The notes beneath the pieces are model-generated. The model was not told where the DNA came from, did no database searches, and saw only the letters and a program-made list of their open reading frames with translations. A DNA stretch of 64,000 bases from Octopus vulgaris (lineage: Eukaryota): positions 33,976,001 through 34,040,000 of the forward strand of contig OX597817.1 of NCBI GenBank assembly GCA_951406725.2, written 5' to 3'. Positions 13,640 to 26,840 of this stretch are shown here, piece by piece (positions within the stretch are counted from its first letter, which is position 1; the number at the start of each line of letters is the position of its first letter). The translations under genes and the position numbers were made by a program.

Positions 13640-14329
13640 TTGGGGAAATTTCGAACCTGCGTTCTCATTCCTAAGGTATTTTTTGATATTATTATTATTA
13701 TTATTATTATTATTTAGGTCACTGCCTCGAATCGAACTCAGAATCTTGGGCTTAGTAGCCCGTGCTCTTAACCACTATGCCATATGCCCGTGGGCTATTA
13801 TGGAGTGAATTTTAGGGATTATGGAGCAAGTGATACTCAAGCCAACCAGGGGGAACAACATATTGGACCTATGCTTCATAAATAATGTGGACCTTATCCA
13901 TAATGTGAAAGTGATACCAACATTGTTGAACTAACTTTGTATGGTCCTGTGAAAACTGTTGATATTTACCCTATCAGAAGGACTCAAGCCTTATCCAACC
14001 TGAATTTCCATAAGGTAAAAAGGGAATCAATCCGCAAAGAGATCTACAAATGAAACTGGTCCAACATTCTGGGTATGCAAGACGTTGATCTGAAATTCAG
14101 CCAGTTTATGTCAACAGTGCAAGCTATATGCACTAAATATATCCCAGAAAGAAAGGCCAGCGCACTGTATGTTGGGGTCAATGTAATTAACTTGGCCCAA
14201 AGCTTGAAATTGCTGGCCTAGAACCAAAATTTGGAACCATTATTATTATAATTATGATCTTGTATCTATATCAAATCTTTCTACTTTTTATTCAATCTTG
14301 TGCACGTTTTGTGTTATTTCTGAAATCAT

Positions 14330-14830
14330 TCAGACATCAAAGAGAATCCTAATATGGAAAGACCAGTAGGTAATTCATGATTTGGATGGTTCCACAATTA
14401 CAAAAAGATTCCCTATTGGGTCACCGTTTCACTTTGGTGTCACAAGTTAAGCCAAATATAATGCAGAGTTGGTTCAAACATTTTTATTCACTTCAAGTAG
14501 ACTCTGAAACCTTTGGTGAAATTTTCTCCTGGTTCCATTTTCATATCTAACATTGGAGGGACATTTATGAGTTTTTCCTTCCAGAACTGCAAGGAGGTAA
14601 GTTCTGGAAATATCTTACAGAAATGGTAAGATATTATAACACAATTTTTGCAATTCTAACTTTTTTCGTATATGTTAACATTCCTATAATGATTGTTTTT
14701 GCATCAAACATTTGCTTCTGTTTTTCATCTTTTCTGGCAACATTTCTCTTGATATTAGGTGGAGCAATGCCAGCCAATGAAATGGTGTTCAGAAATCTTA
14801 TATCTAAATATCTTGCCCATAAGAATGGAC
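14330..14830 (-). mobile_element. Degenerate Vingi/Ingi-like LINE C-terminal remnant
   Basis: Minus strand LAGIAPPNIKRNVARKDEKQKQ (~14700-14775), then a frameshifted KCLNQL, matching the IAPP..RR and WxxLNRLR motifs of this clade. Confidence 0.55.
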
Positions 14831-15111
14831 ATATAATCGATATAAGAAGTTGCTTTAGTTATCAATCATGTAGCTGTGTATATGTCATAACATCAAAATT
14901 TACAAAATTTAATTATGATGCAGTTTTAATAAACGGAACCCTTTTTCTTCAATTAACACACAGTACAAACAAAAGACTTTATAAAAAGAAAATATTTCAA
15001 GTGTTTTAAAATGGCTTGTTGCTAATGTTGTGTGACATTATTAAACTCCACAATTAATCTATGGGGGAAAAAAAAAACATTTAAAAGTAAAACAAATAAT
15101 ATCAAAAAGTA

Positions 15112-15527
15112 TTCTCTTTCTCTTTTCTCTTTTACTTGTTTCAGTCATTTGACTGCGGCCATGCTGGAGCACCGCCTTTTTTTTAGTCGAGCAAATCGAC
15201 CCCGGGACTTATTCTTTATAAGCTCAGTACTTATTCTATCGGTCTCTTTTTTGCCGAACCTCTAAGTGACGGGGACGTAAACACACCAGCATCGGTTGTC
15301 AAGCAATGCTAGGGGGACAAACACAGACACACAAACACACACACATACATACATATATATATACACATATATTTCTTTCAGTTTCCGTCTACCAAATCCA
15401 CTCACAAGGCATTGGTCGGCCCGGGGCTATAGCAGAAGACACTTGCCCAAGAAGCCACGCAGTAGGACTGAACCCGGAACCATGTGGTTGGTTAGCAAGC
15501 TACTTACCACACAGCCACTCCTGCGCC
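15112..15527 (-). mobile_element. tRNA-derived SINE, family B, full length
   Basis: Head GGCGCAGGAGTGGCTGTGTGGTAAG, internal CA/TA microsatellite, tail CAGCATGGCCGCAGTCAAATGACTGAAACAAGTAAAAGAG. Confidence 0.9.
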
Positions 15528-16170
15528 TATGCTGACATTTGATCATAAAGCAAGCTTAAAGAAAGCATGTTTGTCACAGGTGCTTTTACAAGAGACATTC
15601 CGATTCAAAGAAAACTATTTGAAATAAAAAGAAAAGAAGAACATGAAATAATACAACTCAAAGACTAATTAATTTCTTTTCTTTTTGGGTATGATAATTT
15701 GTGTAAATATTTACAGACTAGTTTTCTGTTAAAATCTTACACACATTCTTTTATTAGAATATAGGGTAGTGTAAGAAGTTTAACAGAAAGGCCTAAAGTC
15801 CTAACTACATAATATATAAATACCACAAAGACACCATCCACTTGAAGAACAACAATTAAACAAGGGTAAAACGTGTTGTCGGAAACAATAAAAAGCTAAC
15901 TGGAATTGGATAATTAAATAATTAAAACAATATTTATCATTAACTAATATTGTTTTATCTTCACCGTATAATTGCTTCTCATTAGCTTTTTAATTATCCA
16001 TGCATTAAATACGTTAATAAAACTTTAACCGTAATACATAAATGTGTGTGTGTGTGTGTGTTTATATATACATACATATATATAGGCATGTGTATGTGCA
16101 TGTGTGTGTATGTATATATATATATATATATATCATTTCGTTTAACATCCGCTTTCCATGCTAGCATGAT

Positions 16171-16203
<33 letters not shown>

Positions 16204-16210
16204 CATATAT

Positions 16211-16366
16211 GAGTGGCTGTGTGGTAAGTACCTAGCTTACGAACCACATGGTTCTGGGTTCAGTCCCACTGCGTGGCACCTTGGGCAAGTGTCTTCTACT
16301 ATAGCCTCGGGCCGACCTAAGCCTTGTGAGTGGATTTGGTTGACGGAAACTGAAAGAAGCCCATCG

Positions 16367-16439
<73 letters not shown>

Positions 16440-16580
16440 GATTGTATATGTTTGTGTGTCTGTATTTGTCCCTCCCCCCCAACATTTCTTGACAATCAAT
16501 GGTGGTATGTTTACGTCCCTGTAACTTAGCGGTTCAGCAAAAGAGACCGATAGATTAATAGAATAAGTACTAGGCTTACA
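16211..16580 (+). mobile_element. Family B SINE, 3'-truncated
   Basis: Homology to 18429-18845. Confidence 0.8.
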
Positions 16581-16814
16581 GAAGTAGTCTATAAACAGAC
16601 ACATAAGTCTGGTGCAGAAGCCTGCACCAGACTTCTGTGTCTGTTTTGGCATGGTTTTCACTGATGGATGTTCTTCCAAATGCCAACCACGTTACAGTGC
16701 AGACTGGATACTTTTTATGTGGCACCAGCACTGTTACTAACAGACATGTATATGTGTATGTATATATATATATTTATATATATACACACATATTTATGTG
16801 TGTGTGTGTGTATT

Positions 16815-18255
16815 TCATCATCATCATCATCCTCATTTAACATCCATGTTCCATGCTGGCATGAGTTGGATCCTTTTACAGAATCCAGAGAACCATTGGG
16901 ATGTGCCAACCTCTAGATTCTGCATTGGTAAGGTTTCAATACTGGATGCCCTTTCTTATGCCAATCACTTTACAGGTGTACTGAATGCATTTTTCTTGAG
17001 TCACTAGCACCAGAAAGATTATCAAGTAACTTATGAGACAGGAAAAGAACAGGGAAAGAGGAAAAGAAAATGTTCCTTTTATTACTAAGTGTATGTGAGT
17101 GGGAGAAGGTGATTTTATGCCAAAGGTTGAAAGTCTAATGTATAATAGAGAGACAAGCACAGGCATCTTGCTACTGAGGAGAATCAGAGCTGCAATACAT
17201 TGTATAGGGGTGACTGGGAGTAGATGGGAAGAAGATGAAGATGGTAGTGGAGTGTATTTCGTCTGCCGTTACGTTGCCAGTTCAAATTCCACCGAGGTCG
17301 ACTTTACCTTTCATCCTTTCGGGGTCGATAAATTAAGTACCAGTTACGCACTGGGGTCGATGTAATCGACTTAATACCTATGTCTGTCCTTGTTTGTCCC
17401 CTCTATGTTTAGCCCCTTGTGGGTAATAAAGAAATAGGTAGTGGAGTACTAGAGTAAATTCTCATGATACAAGAAAGTGAGCATGAGGGAGGATACAGAC
17501 AGTAGGTCAGGGTCGGGGAGGAAAGAGTGGGTAATGGGAGAGCAACAGGTGGAGATGGAGGGAGAGGTGAATGTAGCGACTGATGGACGAGGATTGAGGT
17601 GTGGTTGATGGGAAATATGAGTATGGAGAAAGGGCTTAGGTGAGAGAGATAAAAGTGGTGCAGGATGGATAGATCAGAAGGTAGGGGAATGATGTACAAG
17701 ATGTAAGAGTGGTAAGGAAGGAGATATAGGGGTACAAAAGGGTGGTTTTAATGCGTGTGGAATGATGGTGTACATGAAGGGGGTCTGAGAATGAAAAGTC
17801 GATACATGAGGTGTTAAATGGGAATATGGCATAGGGGAGAGATAACTGAAGGTACAGAAAGGGGGTGGTTGGTGAAAAACAGTGTGAATGGAGGAGGATA
17901 ATGTAGGGGAGGTAATTGATACAGCAAAAAGAGAAGTACCATAGACAGGGGAGTGATGTAAGGGTGGATTTAAAAGAATGAGATATGGAGAATGCTTGAG
18001 GGAACAGAATGGGTTACAAGCATATACAAAATGTTTTTAGGGACATCATTTTTGGTGTAGTGGGTGGGCCATCTTGAGCACATCAAATTGCCAAGCCATC
18101 TTAGTCCTTTGTCACTGCCTCTGTAATGCTCAATATCTTGAGATCAGCCTTCACAACTTTGCCCCATGTCTTTCTCGGCCTTACTCTTCTACAAATTCTA
18201 TCCACCTTAAGTGACCAGCACTTCTTTATGTAGCTATCCTCACACACACATGCAC
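16815..18255 (-). mobile_element. Older RTE 3' end with long UTR (purine-rich on +)
   Basis: Minus strand GRPRKTWGKVVKADLKILSITEAVTKD at ~18105-18190; family A-like tail at 16815-16870. Confidence 0.6.
17255..17436 (+). mobile_element. Family C SINE, 5'-truncated
   Basis: TSD GGTAGTGGAGT on both sides; CCTTTCATCCTTTCGGGGTCGATAAATTAAGTACC core. Confidence 0.85.
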
Positions 18256-18401
18256 AAGGTTTTACAATACATTAAAAAACTCACTTTAAACTTCACAACA
18301 GTGAATATCAGCCCTAAATTTTCTTCCACAGCAAAACTTTTTTTTGACTCCAACATACACGAAAGTTTATTTAATAAATTTTTTTATACAAGAACTTTTA
18401 A

Positions 18402-19042
18402 CCCTTTTGTTACCATATTGTTACCATAGGCGCAGGAGTGGCTGTGTGGTAAGTAGCTTGCTTACCAACCACATGGTTCTGGGTTCAGTCCCACTGCGTG
18501 GCACCTTGGGAAAGTGTCTTCTACTATAGCCTCGGGCCGACCGAAGCCTTGTGAGTGGATTTGGTAAACGGAAACTGAAAGAAGCCCGTTGTATATATGT
18601 ATATATATATGTGTGTGCATGTGTGTTTGTGTGTCTGTGTTTGTCTCCCTAGCATTGCTTGACAACCGATGCTGGTGTGTTTATGTCCCCGTAACTTAGC
18701 AGTTCGGCAAAAGAGACCGATAGAATAAGTACTGGGCTTACAAAGAATAAGTTCCAGGGTTGAGTTGCTCGATTAAAGGCGGTGCTCCAGCATGGCCGCA
18801 GTCAAATGACTGAAACAAGTAAAAGAGTACAGAGAGTAAAGAGTATATTTATTTTGAGATGCTCTGTGTTTCTTTCAATTAATTTTAAATATAACGAAGA
18901 ATTTAATAAAATAACTTAATTATCATTAGGAACATAAATTGTGACTAAGGTTTGGTGAAAGATTTTAATTAAAAACTTATAATAACAAGGCATCTGTACT
19001 ACAGAACCAGAGGCAGTTTCAGCCAGGTTGGTATTGAAAGGG
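18402..19042. mobile_element. piggyBac-like MITE containing a SINE
   Basis: TTAA|CCCTTTTGTTACC ... GGTATTGAAAGGG|TTAA; same family as 50246-50467 in the opposite orientation. Confidence 0.75.
18429..18845 (+). mobile_element. Family B SINE, full length
   Basis: Complete head, internal microsatellite and (AAAGAGT)-type tail. Confidence 0.9.
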
Positions 19043-19256
19043 TTAAGTTACATGAAATTTTTATCTCTCTTTTGTGTTATGTGCAAAATTCACCTTGTGA
19101 AAACATACACTTATGTTTTTGTTTTTTTTTATATGAAAACATTTGTTATGTGAAAACACATTTTTGCATTTTTAATTTCATATGTATAAATATATGATAA
19201 AAATATTTACCTTCTACGTTAAAAAATAAAACTTGTTTTATTCAAACAAATGAATA

Positions 19257-19537
19257 TTCTTTTATTCTCTTATTCTCTTACTTGTTTCAGTCATGTGACT
19301 GCGGCCAAGCTGGAGCACTGCCTTAAAGGGTTTTAGTCAAAGAAATTGACCCCAGGACTTATTCTTTGTAAGTCTTGTACCTATTCTATTGGTCTCTTTT
19401 GCCAAACCACTAGGTTACGGGGACATAAACACACCATCATTTGTTGTCAAGCAACGGCGGTGGGGGGGGGGGACAAACACACACACACAGATGTGTATAC
19501 ACACGCATGCGCACACACACACAGATGTCTATACACA

Positions 19538-19573
<36 letters not shown>

Positions 19574-19708
19574 TACAACAGGCTTCTTTCAGTTTCCATT
19601 TACCAAATCCACTCACAAGGCTCTGGTCAGCCTGAAGCTATAGTAAAAAACACTTACCCAAGGTGTCACGCAGTGGGACTGAAGCCGGAACCATGTGGTT
19701 GGGAAGCA
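19257..19708 (-). mobile_element. Family B SINE, older copy
   Basis: Homology to other B copies. Confidence 0.8.
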
Positions 19709-20466
19709 ATAAAAACTTAATGCATTTTCAGTCCTTTCTTATTTTTTTTCACCAAATTCCCTACTCCTCAAGACTTCCATCACCCACTACATCACAAACT
19801 GCAATTCCTCTTTGTCAAGATACCCTCCACACTTCACATTCTTAATTGCAGTTCATCAGTGATAATCACATTTCTTACTACCCAGAACCCTTCGCTTGTT
19901 ATCCATTGTTCATCCATTAATTTGACCCCCCATTGTGCTACCAAATTCTCTTACATCCTCACATTCTACCTTCTGCATACATTGTGCTCCTCTCTCTCTC
20001 TCTTTCTCCATCCACACCTACAATCCAGCCAACAACATATCACTTCTTTCTTCTACCCGTTTACTGTATCATTATCTTTATTCTGCTGTCCCCACACCCC
20101 ACCATATATCCCTTACTCCTACACACTTCTGGCACCATTGGCCTACCCAATTTTAACCGCCTTGTTCCTTGAAGGTCCACTTTGTTGCTTCATCACCAAT
20201 TTCTAGCTCCACCCCTATCACTTCTAAAACGTGGGTAGTCATGTAGCTCTCTTCAGCAAGAAACCTGTTTTGCTCTGACTTATTTCTTATACTTTACTCT
20301 TCACTACTCCTTATTCTTCTAGCATGAAGTTACTCCTTCCCAATTGAGGTTCAAAGTCTTGCAAACTGCATGGTGATCTTACCACTGCTGGCATGAAAAA
20401 GGCACCTAGTACACAATGCAAAGTGGTTGGTATTAGAAAGACACATCCAGCCGTAGAAACCATACC

Positions 20467-20864
20467 TATTTCTTTACTACCCACAAGGGGCTAAACACAG
20501 AGAGGACAAACAAGGACAGACAAACAGATTAAGTTGATTATATCGACTCCAGTGCGTAACTGGTACTTATTTAATCGTCCCCCAAAAGGATGAAAGGCAA
20601 AGTCAACCTCGGTGGAATTTGAACTCAGAACGTAGTGGGCAGACGAAATACCTATTTCTTTACTACCCACAAGGGGCTAAACACAGAGAGGACAAACAAG
20701 GACAGACAAACAGATTAAGTCGATAATATCGACCCCAGTGCGTAACTGGTACTTATTTAATCGACCCCAAAAGGATGAAAGGTAAAGTCGACCTTGGCGG
20801 AATTTGAACTCACAATGTAGCGGCAGACGAAATACCACTAAGCATTTCGCCTGGCATGCTAGCT
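20467..20864 (-). mobile_element. Family C SINE tandem dimer
   Basis: Two units joined at GAAATACC|TATTTC (~20652); TSD CGTAGAAACCATACC flanks the pair. Confidence 0.85.
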
Positions 20865-21160
20865 CGTAGAAACCATACCAAACAGATACTGTAGTCTTTG
20901 AAGCTGTCAGATCCTGTCAAACCATCTAACCTGTTCCAACATGGACATTAGATAATGATGATGGTGGTGGTGGTGATGATGGTGATGATGATGATGTTAT
21001 ATATATCATCATTGTTTAACATCCACCTCCCATGCTGGCATAGGTGGGATGGTTTGACAGGAGCCAGCTGGGCAGAAGCCTGTACCAGACTTCTACGACT
21101 GTATTAGCAAGATGCCCTTCCTAACACCAGCCACTTAGCAGAGTATATATATATATACAT

Positions 21161-21640
21161 AGGCATAGGAGTAGCTGTGAGGCAAATAGCTTGCTTACGA
21201 ACCACATGATTCTGGGTTCAGTCCCACTGCGTGGCACCTTGGGCAAGTGTCTTCTGCTATAGCATCGGGCCGACCAAAGCCTTGTGAGTCGATTTGGTAG
21301 ACGGAATCTGAAAGAAGCCCGTTGTATATATGTGTATGTAGATCCTGTCAAACCATCTAACCTGTTCCAACATGGACATTAGATAATGATGATGGTGGTG
21401 GTGGTGATGATGATGATGTTATATATATCATCATTGTTTAACATCACTTGACAACTGATACTGGTGTGTTAACATCCCCGTAACCTAGCGGTTCAGCAAA
21501 AGAGACCAAAAGAATAAGTACTAGGCTTACAACGAATAAACCCTGGGGTCGATTTGCTTGACTAAAGGCGGTGTTCCAGCATGGCCACAGTCAAATGACT
21601 GAAACAAGTAAAAGAATAAAAAGAGAGAGTAAAAGAGTAT
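21161..21640 (+). mobile_element. Family B SINE with an internal templated insertion
   Basis: Head and tail present; 21340-21445 is a copy of 20909-21023. Confidence 0.8.
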
Positions 21641-22521
21641 ACATCATCACCATTTAACATCCATTGTCCATGCTGGTATGGGTTGGACAGTTTGACTAAA
21701 CTGGCATGCAGGAAAGCTGTGCCTGGCTCCAGTCTGATTTGGCATGGTTTTCTATGGCTTGATGCCCTTCCTAATGCCAATCACTCCATGAGTGTAATGG
21801 GTGCTTTTACACACCACATTGTCATAACTGAAGGATTGCTAGTAGGAATTTACTAACACACATTTTGGTCTCTGGCCTACAGGGATATTGTTTCTTCCTT
21901 CTGTCTTTTTTTATTGTACTATATAATGGTTTCTGCTTCAGGGTTGGGTGGCATCTCATACCTCCACCACTCAGGCACCCACAACCCACTCATCCCTCCT
22001 GTTGCAACCCAAAGTCTTCCCTCAGCCTCACAGTAACTACTTTTCTCAGTCCTGTTCTTTCATCCCAGTATATCAACCCTCTGGAATCTTCTCCCAGTTG
22101 ATGTCATTCTTGTAGATATTAACCTGCAACCGTATAAACAGATCATTGATATAAGCTCACTGGTTGCAGAGAACTTATAAAAGCCAAGGGCACTGTCCCT
22201 TCCTCAAGACTCAATGATAAATTAAATAAATATGAAAACATTAATGACCAGCATCTCTTTCAGATCTCTTAATATTTGTGTAATATCTGCTAATATATAT
22301 ATATATATCCTTGTCAAAAAATTTAGAAAAAAATAAAGAAAAAAGATAAATTGTACTAAAATGTTGCTTATTGAGTTTTGTTAGTCAATTGATAGCAACA
22401 GATGGGTGGAGACTTAATCATCAAGTAGTTAATATTAATACGTGATTAGCGTATAGATGCAATTTAGCATATTTGATTCTGTTGCGACTCCGACCTTGAA
22501 TGTGATACAGAGAAAAAGGTA

Positions 22522-22898
22522 TACTCTTTTACTCTTTTACTTGTTTCAGTCATTTGACTGCGGCCATGCTGGAGCACCGCCTTTAGTCGAGCAAATCGAC
22601 CCCGGGACTTATTCTTTGTAAGCCCAGTACTTATTCTATCGGTCTCTTTTGCCGAACCGCTAAGTGACGGGGACGTAAACACACCAGCATCGGTTGTCAA
22701 GCAATGCTAGGGGGACAAACACAGACACATATATACGACAGGCTTCTTTCAGTTTCCGTCTACCAAATCCACTCACAAGGCATTGGTCGGCCCGGGGCTA
22801 TAGCAGAAGACACTTGCCCAAGATGCCACGCAGTAGGACTGAACCCGGAACTATGTGGTTGGTTAGTAAGCTACTTACCACACAGCCACTCCTGCGCC
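22522..22898 (-). mobile_element. Family B SINE, young copy
   Basis: Nearly identical to 15112-15527 and 56008-56383. Confidence 0.9.
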
Positions 22899-23151
22899 TA
22901 TATTCATATCAATATAACAAGAGAGGGAGAGGGTTTTAAAATTTATCAACTGTGATTAGTAGCTATTGAAGTTGTTTTTTAATAAACGTCTGCCTTTTTC
23001 ATCACATGTATTGAGTTTGTATTTAACGAAAGAATATGTCTTGCTGACGATATCCATTTTGCTGCACATACGTACTGTGGGGAGATAAAGTACCAACCAA
23101 TATAGACAAAGGAACTCGACGTAATTAATCACAGTTAAATTAGCTTGTATT

Positions 23152-23548
23152 AAATAATAATAATGAAATTATTGTATACAGTTCTCAGGTGCACCACAAC
23201 TTGTCAAAAGTGCATATAAACCATATGCAATAATGTACAAATGTCTGGGAAGTGAACAGTGTATGAGTCAGATACATGCTTGCGTGTGTATGGAAGGGAG
23301 AAAATCAGGTGTAGTGTTGGCGAATCTCAGGAAGCATGGAAGTTTTGAAGGATGCAGTGCTCCGACAACTAACAACTGATGCCCGCAGTTTGTTCCATGC
23401 TTCAGCAACTCTTAGCGTGAAAAAATGTTTCCGAAAGTCATGGGAGCTGTGCTGTTTCCTGACTTTGTAAACATGTCCACGGGTGTTTTAGACAGGTGGA
23501 GTTTGAAAAGGTGCTCAGAGTTATTGCTAGTAAGATGGTTAATAATTT
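23152..23548 (-). mobile_element. CR1 LINE 3' end
   Basis: Minus strand TRGHVYKVRKQHSSHDFRKHFFTLRVAEAWNKLRASVVSCRSTASFKTSM, then UTR and (ATT)n tail. The same UTR occurs at 62215-62340. Confidence 0.85.
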
Positions 23549-23683
23549 GCTGAACTCATTTCTTCTGAAAGGCAATTTATTAAAGAGAAGACAAACATTC
23601 CTTTTCCTGAAGTTAATCTGTCAGTAAGACATTCATGGATACCCCCAGATTAGGAGTCAAACGGCTGGATCACTTGATCGTAC

Positions 23684-23876
23684 CTGCATGAGGGAAAAAA
23701 AAGTGGATACTTTACTTGAATAATATAGAGGTGCTATTGAAAGAGGGAACAGAGGCGGTTGAACAATATTCCTGGAGTACGTCTCTGGTGGGGATGGGGT
23801 TTTTAAGTTCTCTACAATTCTACAGCCAGAGTAGATAGAACCTCTTCCTGCAGTACAAACATTAACAATGGTTCTT
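23684..23876 (-). other. Candidate exon of a minus-strand transcript
   Basis: Minus-strand acceptor ttttttcccag|AAGAACC and possible donor CAG|gtacga. One frame is open but I do not recognise the peptide. Confidence 0.25.
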
Positions 23877-24159
23877 CTGGGAAAAAACCCCCCAAAAAGC
23901 AAGAAAATTAATAAAGTAAAACAAAATTGTAATTAAAAACACAACTTGAATGACATCAATAAAACACTTAACTAAAACAAGCTGGAAATACACAGACTTC
24001 TTTAGTACTTTATCTTCAGTACTTCAGTTCTTTATCGTGTCAGATGACTTAAACTCTCCAAATTAACGAAAGGAGATTACGTTCTTTTCCCTGCACAAAA
24101 CATTTTATATTTATCTTTTTCTCTCTGATCATTATTCTTGTAACTTGGGTTCAGTTATC

Positions 24160-24295
24160 GGCGAAGGTAAAGAATACGCACACCCGGTGTTTAGGGTGTA
24201 GGTTGGGTGGAGGGATCAGGCTTAGGGTTAAGGGTTTAGGGTTAGGGTTTAGGTTACGCCGAAAACGGGTGGTGTACGTATTCTTTACCTCCGCC
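24160..24295. mobile_element. 136-bp MITE, Merlin-like (GG termini, 8-bp TSD), with internal TTAGGG-like repeats
   Basis: TSD CAGTTATC (24152-24159, 24296-24303); ~25-bp TIRs GGCGAAGGTAAAGAATACGCACACC / GGTGTACGTATTCTTTACCTCCGCC. Confidence 0.85.
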
Positions 24296-25399
24296 CAGTT
24301 ATCTCTCAAGTTTCTCCATTCTTAAACCAGCAACCGCTTACTTCAGTCATTCTTATCACTTCATTTTCTCTCGAACTTTTTCCACACACGAATATCATCC
24401 AGATGGACGTTTAACAATTTGAACACAATGGAACCTCTGCATGGTCACTCGATCGGTTAGAAATAGCAGCTGAATTTTTCTTAAACCACATCGTGATCTT
24501 AAAAATATGGGAAAGCACATTGCATAATGCTGTTTTTGTACACATTATGTCTGAGTAACAGACAAGTTGATCATAGGGTCTGCTTAATCAGAACCGTTTG
24601 GGGTCTAAATAACAACAATTTGAACTGAGATCGTAAGAAAACCTAACCTCATAGAATAAAATCGAAATATAGACACTAGATCCCAAGAAAACGATTCAGA
24701 ATCGGAGAAGGGCTGCCGAGCCCGAGGGATAACAATAGGTAGGGAAAATTCAAACATCCTTGACTTTCTACTCTTGTGCATGAAGAATCAGACTTAACAG
24801 ATATATTGTCTATGCAGAAATTTGTGTTTAGTTCCTTTAAAAGTAACTTGCTGTTTTAGTAAACATTACTGGGGCATTTGGGTACGCATAACCAGATGTT
24901 GGAACTTTCTTCTCTAGACCCGCTTTTTAGCCAAACCATTAATGGGTTAATGTATGTATAGAAACACGTGTTTATATTTGCCCACGTTATCCTGTTATTC
25001 CATGTAATTTATATAAAAAAAAAAATACTGTATATAAATTGTGCCTGTACCAGTGTGTTATAGTTATAAAATATATACTACTTTAATTGCTATAACTGCT
25101 TTTGTTGCTTTCGCAACTTTTATTTGTATATATCAAATTTAGTTGAATTTGATGAAATCAAAGAAATATATTAATGCCTTGTCTAACATCTGCGTGGATG
25201 AATATTTAGTTGTCAGACATCAACGTCACCTATTTCTTCAATAATGCAGATTTTTACTTCTATCCATTCACTTTTCTCTAAGAGTCTTGTTTTCATTCTC
25301 GAATCTCACCCCCTAACCTTTCCTATTCTGTCATTTCTTCTCTCTTTGTGTTTATCTTTTTTCTTTCTCAATCCCCCCCCCCCCCTCTGCCTCTTTTAT

Positions 25400-26488
25400 T
25401 TCAATAAAAACACGACTACCAGCTTTATTTTTTAATTCCTTTATTTTTATCACAATCACCATCGTAACTGTTAAACACTCGTTTTAATCATCACGAAAAC
25501 AACTCAGACGGTCGTCGCATCGTCCCTGCCACCACCGCCGCCACCACCACAACAATAACATTACTCACACATACACACACTCACACGCACGCACGCACGT
25601 ACACACGCAATAACAACAACAATAACCAATACCATCATCACTGCAACTAGTATCGGGTTTGTTGGATTAATGTTGATATTATTGTAACGGTGTTAGTTGG
25701 GTGTTAACTATGTATGAGTGTGTAGTCTGTTATATGGATGGATACATGTGTGAGCGCACGTACGCCAGCATGAATGTGTGTACGTTGTGAAATGTGTTTC
25801 CAAATTGTACATGTACCTCTTTCTGTAAAACGTGTGTTTGTTTTGTTTTGTTTTGGTGTTGTCTTTCCTTTTTTTTTTTTTTACATAAAAATCCGCGAAG
25901 TAAGAAGGGTGGGTGTTTATGTACTTAGAGCGAACGTAATCGTTGGTGATATCTGTAACAATGCGGATCACTCTTTGGTCAGCCGTAGTTACAAGTCTCT
26001 CTGAGAGAGATTTCCTATTATAACACGCCCTCAATCATCCACGATCGACTGAAAGAAACTCTCACTCACACAGATCTCCTCCTCACTATAAACACCAACG
26101 AACATACAAACATAAACATTTACGTACAGCTATCTACGTAGACATACACACACATACACCTATATATATATCTACGTAGACACACACATACACCTATATA
26201 TATCTACGTAGACACACACATACACCTATATATATATCTACGTAGACACACACATACACCTATATATATACAAACAACATCACAACCACTCATACACACA
26301 CATATATATATTACAAGCAGCTACGTTGTTGAACCAAAATAACAGCCACGAGGACAAAAGATTTCCCCAACCTGGAATTATACATGGTGTATAAATACAA
26401 CTAATATATACCTATGTAGATACATCTATTTTTTATATTCATACATGTTATAGATGAAAATACAATTAATTAAAAACTTGAACTTAAG
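25400..26488 (+). promoter_or_regulatory. Candidate promoter and non-coding first exon
   Basis: TE-poor, CpG-retaining stretch ending in consensus donor AAG|GTAAGT (GT at 26489). TSS position unknown. Confidence 0.45.
26131..26270. repeat. 4-copy ~32-38 bp minisatellite (TATCTACGTAGACACACACATACACCTATATA)
   Basis: Read directly; each unit holds the palindrome TCTACGTAGA. Confidence 0.9.
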
Positions 26489-26779
26489 GTAAGTAGTAGT
26501 TTTGTTTTATTCAGTTACTGATTTTTCATTTGTACACACACACACACACACACACAGAGCATACCAAACAATAACAAAAATCAGACAGACTTCGTGTGCT
26601 TGTTTACATGGTATCTTCATTGAAAGAAAAAGGAAGCATAAAATTAAAAGTTATATAATTGCGTGATTGTTATTGTGTCTGTCATGTTTACATGTCTACC
26701 TGTACGTTTGTAAATGAGTTTATCTTGCTGAATTAACGCGGTTGATTCATTTCCAGAAGTCCGATTCTACTACAAGCAT

Positions 26780-26840
<61 letters not shown>

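Larger units (their letters stand above)
12303..14160 (+). mobile_element. Degenerate LINE (CR1/Jockey group) ORF1 and APE-endonuclease remnant, interrupted twice
   Basis: IFLLNIGGLLQLSNRGKILYLKELA at ~13440-13517 resembles an APE N-terminus (N-I-x-G-L). A-rich coding-like sequence resumes after ~13820. Many stops and frameshifts. Confidence 0.55.

Noticed and set aside
14623-15009. 128-aa hydrophobic ORF on +
   Set aside because: Largely antisense to a degenerate LINE remnant in T-rich DNA; no recognisable domain.
24220-24260. Interstitial telomere or chromosome-fusion scar
   Set aside because: A few imperfect units enclosed within TIRs and a TSD.
24690-24745. Small GC hairpins (CGATTCAGAATCG, GGGCT-GCCG-AGCCC) and a GGATAACAAT motif
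   Set aside because: Too short to distinguish from chance in a CpG-retaining region.
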